From IMG/VR virus record IMGVR_UViG_2541047945_000005: 37,681 bases of DNA; one strand, 5' to 3'. Origin of the DNA: a virus (lineage: Duplodnaviria; Heunggongvirae; Uroviricota; Caudoviricetes). Shown one piece after another: positions 27,920 to 36,446 of this stretch. The position numbers were made by a program, and so were the translations under genes. Under the pieces are notes generated by a model. That model saw only the letters and a list, made by a program, of their open reading frames with translations. It did no database searches and was not told the origin of the DNA. Numbering within the stretch: the first letter of the stretch is position 1; each line of letters opens with the position of its first letter.

Positions 27920-28906
27920 CTATTTAAGAATAAAACGGTATTTACTGTCAGGAGTGCTTTGCTGATCAAGTAGCAGTGAACGACATGGAGCAGTCAAAAC
28001 CCGAGCATAACTACCATCAGGGCTTATGTTAATGTAACAAACCTTGCCCTTAACACTATAATTTTCGGGGACGGATGCCTTTGCTGATACAGTAAATTTA
28101 AGGGTATGCCAGCCCGTTTTTTGCTTGTAGCTTGAAACCGAATGGAAATCATCTGAGTACTTATTTAACCCTGGAAACATGCTGCGCAGTGCGGGGATGG
28201 AATCTTCTATTATTTTATCGTTGGTTTTAATGTTAAAAACGCTGGTTTCAGTAGAAGCTACTGCTTTGGCATTTCCCCATTTACCAGCGAACACAATCAT
28301 TCCCACGAAAAATATTGCTACAAGAACTAACACTCCCCCCAACACTACTACATGAGGCTTCCGGCTTCTGGTTGGTACAGTTGCGACTGATTTTGCACCG
28401 CTTTCCGATGGAGGTGATAGAGTTTTACTCTCATCACGAATATTCAGCAGATCATCAAAATAACCAAACACAGCCTGCAACTGCTCTTTGTCTAGGCCTT
28501 TAAGATGGGTTGTACCGAAATGCTTCAGACAGTATCTGTCACGGTCAAGACGATACCCAGGGTCAGTAAGCGCCATTATTTTGCTGACCAGAAGATTACA
28601 GTCCTTCATATTCTGGATCTGTTGTGCATATCTCTGAAGGATCTCAACCGCACCATGATAATCAGCCGCAGTCATTTCATTAACTGTTTTGGTATTAAGT
28701 TTCGTGTGGATCGTCATCCATAGCTCGCGCTTACTTTCCCCCAGATCAACCAATTCATCCATCAATCTGTGTAAATCGCGTTTTTGCAGCAACGAAATTG
28801 GTTGCTGGGCCGAAGGAAGTATGTCAGCAGAATAGTTATGAATGGTAACATCACCGCTGACAACGTTACCCACATCCCCGTTAACTGTTTGCTTCTCTTT
28901 ACTCAT
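27920..28906 (-). CDS. single-pass membrane protein translationally coupled to the repressor, unknown function
   Basis: 328 aa; one TM helix at about residues 176-198; ATGA overlap with the repressor stop; AT-rich. Confidence 0.65.
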   Translation of the reverse strand: MSKEKQTVNGDVGNVVSGDVTIHNYSADILPSAQQPISLLQKRDLHRLMDELVDLGESKRELWMTIHTKLNTKTVNEMTAADYHGAVEILQRYAQQIQNMKDCNLLVSKIMALTDPGYRLDRDRYCLKHFGTTHLKGLDKEQLQAVFGYFDDLLNIRDESKTLSPPSESGAKSVATVPTRSRKPHVVVLGGVLVLVAIFFVGMIVFAGKWGNAKAVASTETSVFNIKTNDKIIEDSIPALRSMFPGLNKYSDDFHSVSSYKQKTGWHTLKFTVSAKASVPENYSVKGKVCYINISPDGSYARVLTAPCRSLLLDQQSTPDSKYRFILK

Positions 28907-29364
28907 CTTCTCTTGGTATTTTTGTTCATTATTCCACCTGTTCCTATGGTTACGTTACCTTTGATAACATTCCCCAGAACATCTCCATGAATAACCTGTT
29001 CCGCCCGTTCTCTGGAGGAGCCAGTAGTCAAGGCCGACAAAACTGAACCTTTGACCTGTAATGGTGCCTGCCGGTAGTGCTGCAGTAACTCCATTTCATC
29101 ACGTGATAAAGTTATACCTGATGACTCCCCGGTAAGAATGAACTGTACATTGGCCCCAATTCTTGCAAAGGCTGCAAGTAACTCACCTCCGGGAACAGCA
29201 ACCCCTCGTTCATATTTCCCCCACATTTCTCTTGAAACGCCACAAAGGGCTGCTACTTCAGCCTGCTTGAGTGATAACCGCGAACGCTCAGCTTTGAACC
29301 GCGACGCGCAAAGAGAATCAAAATTCACATAAACCTCATTGACAATGAGAACAATAGTTCTCAT
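28903..29364 (-). CDS. CI-type (XRE-family HTH) prophage repressor
   Basis: HTH LSLKQAEVAALCGVSREMWGKYERG; divergent from the early operon; no LexA-like peptidase motif seen; alternative GTG start at 29328 with GAGG. Confidence 0.7.
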   Translation of the reverse strand: MRTIVLIVNEVYVNFDSLCASRFKAERSRLSLKQAEVAALCGVSREMWGKYERGVAVPGGELLAAFARIGANVQFILTGESSGITLSRDEMELLQHYRQAPLQVKGSVLSALTTGSSRERAEQVIHGDVLGNVIKGNVTIGTGGIMNKNTKRR

Positions 29365-29367
29365 AAT
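29339..29367 (+). promoter_or_regulatory. candidate early promoter (TTGACA-17-CATAAT) for the Cro-like/transposase operon
   Basis: Sigma70-like hexamers with 17-bp spacer about 45 nt upstream of the Cro-like ATG. Confidence 0.55.
29347..29362. promoter_or_regulatory. palindromic candidate operator GAGAACAATAGTTCTC
   Basis: Perfect 6-bp inverted repeat with 4-bp spacer inside the early promoter spacer. Confidence 0.5.
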
Positions 29368-29374
29368 CTATCAC

Positions 29375-29403
29375 ATATAAAACAAACATCATTGCATCAA
29401 CAA
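29375..29403 (-). promoter_or_regulatory. candidate repressor maintenance promoter (TTGTTG-17-TTATAT), near-leaderless
   Basis: Hexamers on the minus strand; predicted start 2-4 nt before the ATG at 29364. Confidence 0.4.
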
Positions 29404-29414
29404 AGGAGACAACA

Positions 29415-29603
29415 ATGACTTCCGAACAAGTTAAAAATCTCTTCCGTCAGCGTGGTATCACGTTTACCCGCTGGGCCGAAGAACACGGCTACAGCCGCAA
29501 TGAGGTCTATCGTGTTCTCAATGGACAGACCAAAGCTCGTTACGGCAAAGCCCATGAAATTGCCGTAAAACTGGGATTAAAACCCACGTCAAATGCGGCA
29601 TAA
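29415..29603 (+). CDS. small DNA-binding regulator (Cro/Ner functional analogue)
   Basis: 62 aa, first gene of the early operon, AAGGAG 6 nt upstream. Confidence 0.6.
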   Translation: MTSEQVKNLFRQRGITFTRWAEEHGYSRNEVYRVLNGQTKARYGKAHEIAVKLGLKPTSNAA

Positions 29604-29655
29604 ATTTTCCACATATGCAACAGGTTATCACATATTGCAAAAATGGAAATGTGAC

Positions 29656-29964
29656 ATGAGTAAAGTAAATATTTCCAGTTCTGGGACCCGCATCCTACGT
29701 GTACTCAAAGCTCTACGCGGTCATGCTCTGAACGGTGTTTCTAACGGTGAACTGGCATCAGCCCTGGGGGAGTCCCCAGCGAATATCAATCGAGCACTTA
29801 ATACCCTTATTGAAGAGGGACTGGCCATGAAATTAGAGAACGGACGTTTCGCACCGGGAATCCAGTTACTACAGATCGCCATGGCTCACAGTCACGAGAT
29901 GGCGCGTGCACAGGATCGTATTAACGAAATCAACCAACGAGTTATTTCAGGTAGTCGTTTGTAA
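29656..29964 (+). CDS. winged-helix DNA-binding protein, unknown role
   Basis: LRVLKALRGHALNGVSNGELASALGESPANINRALNTLIEEGL resembles a wHTH; start taken at an internal ATG. Confidence 0.45.
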   Translation: MSKVNISSSGTRILRVLKALRGHALNGVSNGELASALGESPANINRALNTLIEEGLAMKLENGRFAPGIQLLQIAMAHSHEMARAQDRINEINQRVISGSRL

Positions 29965-29974
29965 GGAGTAATCA

Positions 29975-30889
29975 ATGGGACGCACCAAATCACCCGTTAA
30001 CACTGAACTGAATGTTGAGGTTCCGCTGTCAGATAACATCAATGTCAATTTGAACGCTATGACACAGCATCGCATGGAAATTATGCAGCAGTTTGGTGAT
30101 GGACTGCCTTATGAACGTGATCGCATTGTTCACGAAGCACGTTTTTATATGGCGCAGAGTGCTGAATCTATGCTGGAAGCGGGTAAGCGGCTGATCATCT
30201 TAAAAGAAAATGAGCCACACGGTGATTTTACAAACATTTTAGAAAATGAACTCGGACTTGCACCACAAGTTGCTCGCCGCATGATGCAAGCCAGTATGAA
30301 GTTTTTGGGAGAAGGTGATGAGCCAACAAAACGCTCAACGTTGAGCGTTTTGGGGAAAGCCAAACTGTACGACCTGATGGTTCTGGATAATGAAGAACTT
30401 GATGAATTGGCCGACGGCGGCACAGTTGCCGGCCTGACGCTTGACGACGTTGATCGCATGTCAGTACGTGAATTGCGTCAGGCCCTGCGCGAAGCGCGCG
30501 AAACCAACGCAGCACAACAGCGCGTACTCGCTGACAAAAATGAAAAAATAGACTCACTCTCCACCAGACTGGAGAAGAAATCCCGTATTCAGCCGCCTGA
30601 GCCTGATGAAGAGGTTAAGAAGCTGCGGGCGGAAGTGACAGCATTAGCGGTTGAGGCGGAATCTGCTATCGCCGTTCGACTGTCCAGCGCTTTTGAGACG
30701 CTGTGCGCATATTGTGCTGAAAACATGATTGATACCCCCAGAGACTTCATGGCAGGCCTGGTCTGTCAACTGGAAAGCACAGCGCGTAGCCTGCGCTCCA
30801 CATTTGACCTGCCGGATGAGCCAACAGGCAATGCCGCGCCTTCATGGCTGACTGAGCCGACGCCACAGATTAACGGGCTGGAGGCATAA
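29975..30889 (+). CDS. hypothetical early protein with coiled-coil region
   Basis: 304-aa ORF with AAGGAG RBS immediately upstream of the transposase. Confidence 0.45.
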   Translation: MGRTKSPVNTELNVEVPLSDNINVNLNAMTQHRMEIMQQFGDGLPYERDRIVHEARFYMAQSAESMLEAGKRLIILKENEPHGDFTNILENELGLAPQVARRMMQASMKFLGEGDEPTKRSTLSVLGKAKLYDLMVLDNEELDELADGGTVAGLTLDDVDRMSVRELRQALREARETNAAQQRVLADKNEKIDSLSTRLEKKSRIQPPEPDEEVKKLRAEVTALAVEAESAIAVRLSSAFETLCAYCAENMIDTPRDFMAGLVCQLESTARSLRSTFDLPDEPTGNAAPSWLTEPTPQINGLEA

Positions 30890-30892
30890 CCA

Positions 30893-32662
30893 ATGAATGC
30901 TGCCCTGACTGAACGACTGGTTTATGTCGCCCGCGCGGCACGTGACGCGGGGCATGGTAAACGCGGTGCAATATACGACGCTGCCTGTGCTGAACTTGGC
31001 ATGTCCCGCGCCACTCTGCTGCGCAGGCTGAAGGAGGTCTCTGTGACTGATAAACGCAAAAAACGCGCTGATGCCGGACGCAGCGCCCTGACCCGCGACG
31101 AAGCCGCGCTGATATCTGCCACACTGCGTGAGGCCACCCGCAAGAACGGTAAACGCCTCTATTCCATCGCAGATGCAGTGGAAACCCTGCGGGCTAACGG
31201 CTTTATCACCGCAGGCAGAACAGATGAAACCACCGGTGAGTTTTTCCCGTTGTCTGAAGATGCCATCAGCCGTGCTCTGCGTAACTATGGCCTGCACCCG
31301 GAACAACTGGATGCTCCTGCACCGCATACCGAAGTGGCCAGTCTGCACCCCAATCATGTCTGGCAGATTGACGCCTCACTCTGCACGCTTTACTACCTGA
31401 GCAATGGACATAAAGGGCTGCAGGTGATGGACAGCGCGAAGTTCTACAAGAACAAGCCCGCTAACCTTGCCCGTATCGCCAGTGACCGCGTGTGGAGTTA
31501 CGAGATTACCGACCATGCCAGCGGCTGGATTTACGTTGAGTATGTGACGGGCGCGGAATCAGGTGAGAACCTGTGTTCTGTGCTTATCAACGCCATGCAG
31601 GAGCGTGGCGGCGCAGACGTGCTGCACGGCGTGCCAAAAATACTCTATCTCGACCCCGGCTCGGCAAACACCGCGGGTATGACGAAAAACATGTGCCGCT
31701 CACTGGGCATCGACCTGATAGCGCACAAGCCGCATAACGCCCGCGCCACCGGACAGGTGGAAAAGGCGCGGGACATTATCGAACGCAAGCTGGAGCCGGG
31801 TCTGAAGTTCCGGCCGGTTCACAGTCTGGAAGAACTCAATGCGCTGGCCGCGAAATGGCGCAGCCACTTTAACGCCACGGCTGTTCACAGCCGCCACGGT
31901 AAAACCCGCACGGATATCTGGCTGAAGATTACTGCTGAGCAGCTGAAAAAAGCGCCTTCCGTTGAGGTATGTCGTGAACTGGCTGTGGCGGCACCAGAAC
32001 TCCGCAAAGTCACGCCAAAACTTCGTGTCTCGTTCCGGGGCACTGAATTTGACGTATCAACGGTACCGGGCGTACTGGTCGGTGAAAAACTGATGATTAC
32101 CCGTAACCCGTGGCGCAGCGATGTGGCACAGGTGGTTCTGACCGGTGAGGACGGCCACGAGACGTTCTTCCTGGTCGAAGAAGTCAGAAAGAACGAGTTT
32201 GGCTTTGCTGAAGGCGCGGCGGTATTTGGCGAAAGTTACAAAGCCCTGCCGGAAACCCCGGCGCAGATGGCGGCAAAAGAAACCGAAGCGCTGGTCACCG
32301 GTACAGACAACGCCGCAGATGCAGCTGCCGCACGCAAGGCGAAGGCGCTGCCGTTCGGCGGGCGGCTTGACCCATATAAACATATTGATGACGCCACACT
32401 TCCGGCCTATATGCCGAAGCGAGGTCAGGCCTCTGACGTACGCGGGCCGCGCACTGAACAACGTCCCATGACTCATGTGGAGGCCGCGAAAGCCCTGCGC
32501 GATAAGTTCAGCGCCGACGGCCTTACCTGGACGCCGGAACATTACCGCCAGTTAACGGCACAGTATCCGGACGGCGTACCGGAAGCCGCACTGGATGAAG
32601 TCATGGCCACGCTGACCACGCCGGCCCGCAGCAGCGTTATCAGCATTGTTAACGGCAACTGA
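30893..32662 (+). CDS. DDE transposase (Mu A-like, integrase-core fold)
   Basis: N-terminal HTH, WQIDAS ... YLDPGS ... QVEKA candidate DDE triad; followed by an AAA+ partner. Confidence 0.75.
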   Translation: MNAALTERLVYVARAARDAGHGKRGAIYDAACAELGMSRATLLRRLKEVSVTDKRKKRADAGRSALTRDEAALISATLREATRKNGKRLYSIADAVETLRANGFITAGRTDETTGEFFPLSEDAISRALRNYGLHPEQLDAPAPHTEVASLHPNHVWQIDASLCTLYYLSNGHKGLQVMDSAKFYKNKPANLARIASDRVWSYEITDHASGWIYVEYVTGAESGENLCSVLINAMQERGGADVLHGVPKILYLDPGSANTAGMTKNMCRSLGIDLIAHKPHNARATGQVEKARDIIERKLEPGLKFRPVHSLEELNALAAKWRSHFNATAVHSRHGKTRTDIWLKITAEQLKKAPSVEVCRELAVAAPELRKVTPKLRVSFRGTEFDVSTVPGVLVGEKLMITRNPWRSDVAQVVLTGEDGHETFFLVEEVRKNEFGFAEGAAVFGESYKALPETPAQMAAKETEALVTGTDNAADAAAARKAKALPFGGRLDPYKHIDDATLPAYMPKRGQASDVRGPRTEQRPMTHVEAAKALRDKFSADGLTWTPEHYRQLTAQYPDGVPEAALDEVMATLTTPARSSVISIVNGN

Positions 32663-32672
32663 GGAGGGATAC

Positions 32673-33839
32673 ATGCTGGTACTGAAGCAGCAACTGAAAG
32701 AGGCCCGTATTCCACAGGCGGTGGTGGCGAGAGCTGTCGATGTTTCTGAGGCCACGCTGGCCCAGATTGTGAATCATAACGCGTGGCCCCGCACCAGCCC
32801 CGGAGAAGTGCGCCGGCGTCTTGCGTCCTGGCTGGAAAGTCAGGGGATTGATACAACGAAGAGTTTTGATGCTGTACAGGGCGCGGCCACGCCCCGTACA
32901 GCGGGTACCACAGATAAAACGAGCCTCAGTGAGGAAGAGAATATGTTACTCAAAAAACAGGTGTTATTTCCAGCAACCAAAAAAGCGTTTGGTCTTTTCC
33001 GTGACCCGTTCGCCGACGAAGCCATGCAGGGTTCTGATGATGTGTTCACCACTCCGGACATTCGCTACGTGCGTGAGGCGCTGTACCAGACAGCCCGTCA
33101 TGGTGGGTTTATGGCCGTCATCGGTGAGTCCGGTGCGGGTAAATCCACGCTGCGCCGTGACCTGACTGAACGTATCAACCGCGAGAATGCGCCGGTGATT
33201 GTTATCGAGCCATACATCATCGCTATGGAAGACAACGATGTGAAAGGGAAAACCCTGAAGGCAGCAGCGATTGCCGAAGCCATTATCAGTACCATCGCAC
33301 CACTGGAAAGCATCAGACGCAGTCAGGACGCCCGCTTTCGCCAGCTGCATCGCGTCCTGAAAGACAGCAGCCAGGCGGGGTTCAGCCACGTTCTGGTGAT
33401 TGAGGAGGCCCACAGTCTGCCCATTCCGACACTGAAACACCTCAAACGCTTTTTTGAGCTGGAGTCCGGTTTCAAAAAACTGCTGTCCATCGTGCTGATT
33501 GGCCAGCCGGAACTGGCGACAAAACTGTCTGAACGCAATATGGAAGTCCGTGAAGTCGTTCAGCGCTGTGAGGTGGTCGAACTTCTGCCTCTGGACAATA
33601 ACCTTGAAGAGTTTCTGACGTTCAAACTGCAACGGGCCGGTAAACAACTGACGGACATTATGGACGCCAGCGCAGTGGATGCCATACGTGCCCGCCTGAG
33701 CAATCCGGGAAGTCATCGTAAAAATATGGTCAGCCTGCTGTATCCGCTGGCCGTCAGTAACCTGGTAATAGCCGCCATGAATCTGGCCGCTGAAATCGGG
33801 GTTCCACAGGTCAACGCTGACGTTGTCAAAGGGGTTTAA
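32673..33839 (+). CDS. transposition ATPase (Mu B-like AAA+)
   Basis: Walker A GESGAGKST, Walker B VLVIEEAH; GGAGGG RBS; ORF track starts at a TTG at 32646. Confidence 0.75.
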   Translation: MLVLKQQLKEARIPQAVVARAVDVSEATLAQIVNHNAWPRTSPGEVRRRLASWLESQGIDTTKSFDAVQGAATPRTAGTTDKTSLSEEENMLLKKQVLFPATKKAFGLFRDPFADEAMQGSDDVFTTPDIRYVREALYQTARHGGFMAVIGESGAGKSTLRRDLTERINRENAPVIVIEPYIIAMEDNDVKGKTLKAAAIAEAIISTIAPLESIRRSQDARFRQLHRVLKDSSQAGFSHVLVIEEAHSLPIPTLKHLKRFFELESGFKKLLSIVLIGQPELATKLSERNMEVREVVQRCEVVELLPLDNNLEEFLTFKLQRAGKQLTDIMDASAVDAIRARLSNPGSHRKNMVSLLYPLAVSNLVIAAMNLAAEIGVPQVNADVVKGV

Positions 33840-33841
33840 TA

Positions 33842-34111
33842 ATGAAATCCACCACAGGTATCAACCAGCAAATCAGCAAAGTGCAGTCAGCCATTATGGC
33901 GCTTAAGGCGACGAACACGGATGTACAAAGCATCACCATCAGGGGTAACAAACCTGTCATCCGCGTTTCCCGGAGTGCGCATTGCATGCGCATGCTTGAG
34001 CAGGGAAAGGCCTGTTATCTGTATACCGGACATGACCACAGGGGATATTTCCGTCAGGGCGTTTTCGAACTGCACGGCTGTCGCGTCGTGTGGCCGGAAT
34101 CTTTGTGGTAA
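33842..34111 (+). CDS. hypothetical small protein (position of Mu kil)
   Basis: 89-aa ORF between the B-like and Gam-like genes. Confidence 0.35.
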   Translation: MKSTTGINQQISKVQSAIMALKATNTDVQSITIRGNKPVIRVSRSAHCMRMLEQGKACYLYTGHDHRGYFRQGVFELHGCRVVWPESLW

Positions 34112-34138
34112 TCAGCACAACTGGAGAAATCATAAAAA

Positions 34139-34669
34139 ATGGCAAAAAGTACAAAAGGTGCAAAACGTATCAAGGCCGCAGCAGCACTCTGGGTGCCGGG
34201 GACACGTGAAGAGGTCATTGAGGGAATCAGACTACTCGGTGACGCACAACGTGAACTGGTCAGGGCTGAAACAGAAATGAATGACGCCATTGGCGATATC
34301 ACCGCACGTTATGCCCCGCTCACCGAGAGCCTGAAAAAACGCATGGCCGAACTGCAGTCCGGTATTCAGACATGGTGTGAGGCACACCGTGATGAACTGA
34401 CCGGCAACGGGAAGGTGAAGTTCGCTAACCTCACCACCGGCGAGGTGCAGTGGCGAAACCGTCCGCCATCAGTCAGTATCCGTGGGGCGGATAATGTTAT
34501 TGAATTACTGAGACGTCTGGGGCTTGAGCGCTTTATTCGTGTAAAAGAGGAAATAAATAAAGACGCTATCCTGAATGAAAAAGAGGCCGTGAAAAATATT
34601 CCCGGTATTTCCATTAAAAGCGACATTGAGGATTTTTCAATAATTCCTTTTGAGCAGGATGTGCAGTAA
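34139..34669 (+). CDS. gam: Gam-like host-nuclease inhibitor
   Basis: 176 aa; segments such as ETEMNDAI, WCEA.RDELT, RPPSVSIRG and SIIPFEQ match Mu Gam as I recall it. Confidence 0.8.
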   Translation: MAKSTKGAKRIKAAAALWVPGTREEVIEGIRLLGDAQRELVRAETEMNDAIGDITARYAPLTESLKKRMAELQSGIQTWCEAHRDELTGNGKVKFANLTTGEVQWRNRPPSVSIRGADNVIELLRRLGLERFIRVKEEINKDAILNEKEAVKNIPGISIKSDIEDFSIIPFEQDVQ

Positions 34670-34766
34670 ACACACCACGTTAATTATTTAATAAAAACAT
34701 TTTCTTTTTTATTCCGGCGTCAGCGCCGCGGGCTTCTGCACGCCGGAAACAGAGGAGAATTAAATC

Positions 34767-34961
34767 ATGATATTTAAATGTATTCAGTGCGAGAGGGATA
34801 TAACAGCCCTGCGTTTTCACAGCGCCATCGCCGTGATGTCCGGTAAATACCACATCCCTGCGGTACGCGTCACCCTGGTCTGCCCGTACTGCAGCCAGCA
34901 TTTTTCGGCAGACGTGCCCGTCATGGAATTCTCCCGCCCTGACAGGGAGGACTCGCAATGA
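34767..34961 (+). CDS. small zinc-ribbon protein
   Basis: CIQC ... CPYC pairs; GAGGAG RBS. Confidence 0.45.
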   Translation: MIFKCIQCERDITALRFHSAIAVMSGKYHIPAVRVTLVCPYCSQHFSADVPVMEFSRPDREDSQ

Positions 34962-35230
34962 TTACCCCACAGGAAGCACGACAGCGCACCCGAACCCTTG
35001 TTGAACACTATGTCAACGAGTGTGAATGCCGCGACCTCACCGATGTGAAGCACGTCCTGACGGCGCTAATCAGCATGACCGCTCAGGCCATTGTGGCGAC
35101 CAACGGAAAGGCGGCTGCCCTGCAGGTACTGGTGAACACACTCACCCACACGGCAGAGCATGAGGTGCCGTACCGGATGGAAACCACTGCAGAAGGCGGC
35201 CTGCACATCACCGTCAGCCGGAAGCACTGA
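34958..35230 (+). CDS. hypothetical protein
   Basis: 90-aa ORF, ATGA coupling to the upstream gene. Confidence 0.4.
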   Translation: MITPQEARQRTRTLVEHYVNECECRDLTDVKHVLTALISMTAQAIVATNGKAAALQVLVNTLTHTAEHEVPYRMETTAEGGLHITVSRKH

Positions 35231-35239
35231 GGGCGCGGC

Positions 35240-35536
35240 ATGACACGGAACACCATACTCACCCGCACCGCCCTCTACCGTCTGGCCCTGCAGCGTTTCG
35301 GGCCGGACGCACAGGCCCTGAAACTGACAGAAGAGGCCGCTGAACTGGCGGCCAGTGCTGCCCGCAATCTGAACGGACAGGGCAGCGAAAGTGACCTCGC
35401 GGCAGAGCTGGCAGACGTGGAAATCATGACAGAGCAATTGCGCCTTCAGGGGATGGACCGGCTGATTGACTTCCACAAACAGAAAAAACTGGAACGTCTG
35501 GCTGCACGACTGGGCGTGATTTACACGAACGAGTAA
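35240..35536 (+). CDS. small all-alpha protein, possibly MazG-like
   Basis: EEAAELAASAAR ... ELADVEIM pattern resembles MazG-type pyrophosphohydrolases; weak. Confidence 0.35.
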   Translation: MTRNTILTRTALYRLALQRFGPDAQALKLTEEAAELAASAARNLNGQGSESDLAAELADVEIMTEQLRLQGMDRLIDFHKQKKLERLAARLGVIYTNE

Positions 35537-35550
35537 CCGGGAGGCATTCA

Positions 35551-35766
35551 ATGGCTGACATACTCAGGGAAATCACCGCATGGACACTGATTCTTACTGG
35601 CCTGGCGACATGCCTCAGTGCGGGGGCAGCCCTGGCTGCCCTGCTGATGCACATAACAACACAGTGGTTATGGGAAAAGCTTAAAGCAGCATACAGCCTG
35701 AAAGAGCTGTCCGACGCTGTCCGGGCATGGAAACGGCAGAAAAATACCGGAGATACAGAACAATGA
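35551..35766 (+). CDS. small membrane protein
   Basis: 71 aa with one hydrophobic helix. Confidence 0.4.
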   Translation: MADILREITAWTLILTGLATCLSAGAALAALLMHITTQWLWEKLKAAYSLKELSDAVRAWKRQKNTGDTEQ

Positions 35767-36446
35767 CAGACCAGAATAAACACATTGAGAAACTGAAAAA
35801 GTTGCTGGCGCTGGCCGCATCCGGCAACCCGCACGAGGCCGCTCTGGCACTGCGCCGAGCCCGTAAACTGATGGATGTTCACGGCATCACACATTCCGAC
35901 ATTGCTATGAGTGATATTGATGAAACCATCAGTCATTACTGGCCGACAGGCAGTCTCCGTCCACCGCGCTACATGCTGGGCCTGATGAACATCATCCGCG
36001 AGGCATTTGGTGTTAACTCCATCATTCACCCCGGCACGCATCCGTCTGTGGGGTTCTACGGTAACCGGGAACGAGCGGCACTGGCTGCGTACACCTGGGA
36101 AGTGCTGGTCCGCCAACTGAAAAAGGCGCGTCAGCAGTATATCAGCGCACAGAACAAAAGAATAAAAAACGCCACCCGTACCAGCCGTGGAAACCAGTTT
36201 GCTGAAGGCTGGGTACTGGCCGTTATCAGTGAAATACAGTCCTTTGCCCTGACCGATGATGAGCGTGAACTGATGCAACAGTGGCTGGAACATAAATACC
36301 CGCAAACGCAAACCACCAGGGCGCGTAAACCGGGAAGAAGCCGCAATGGCGACGCCTCGCGCTATGCGGGGTTTCGTGAAGGGCAGAACGTCAGACTGCA
36401 CCGCCCGGTCAGTGGGCAGGAACAACAGAAACTGGAGGCCAGATGA
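35763..36446 (+). CDS. conserved Mu-like early protein
   Basis: Internal ATG with GGAGA upstream; KHIEKLKKLLALAASGNPHEAALALRRARKLM motif. Confidence 0.45.
   Translation: MTDQNKHIEKLKKLLALAASGNPHEAALALRRARKLMDVHGITHSDIAMSDIDETISHYWPTGSLRPPRYMLGLMNIIREAFGVNSIIHPGTHPSVGFYGNRERAALAAYTWEVLVRQLKKARQQYISAQNKRIKNATRTSRGNQFAEGWVLAVISEIQSFALTDDERELMQQWLEHKYPQTQTTRARKPGRSRNGDASRYAGFREGQNVRLHRPVSGQEQQKLEAR

Noticed and set aside
26700-29420. Mu-type transposon ends or an attachment site at the early/late junction
   Set aside because: No terminal repeats of the kind expected for Mu-like ends were recognised; the junction is better explained as an internal immunity region with the true ends outside the window.
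32964-33716. 250-aa minus-strand ORF inside the B-like ATPase gene
   Set aside because: Antisense to a gene with clear Walker motifs and RBS.
34690-34745. Stem-like sequence ccggcgt...acgccgg after the Gam-like gene as a possible terminator
   Set aside because: Long 19-nt loop and no following U-run on the coding strand.
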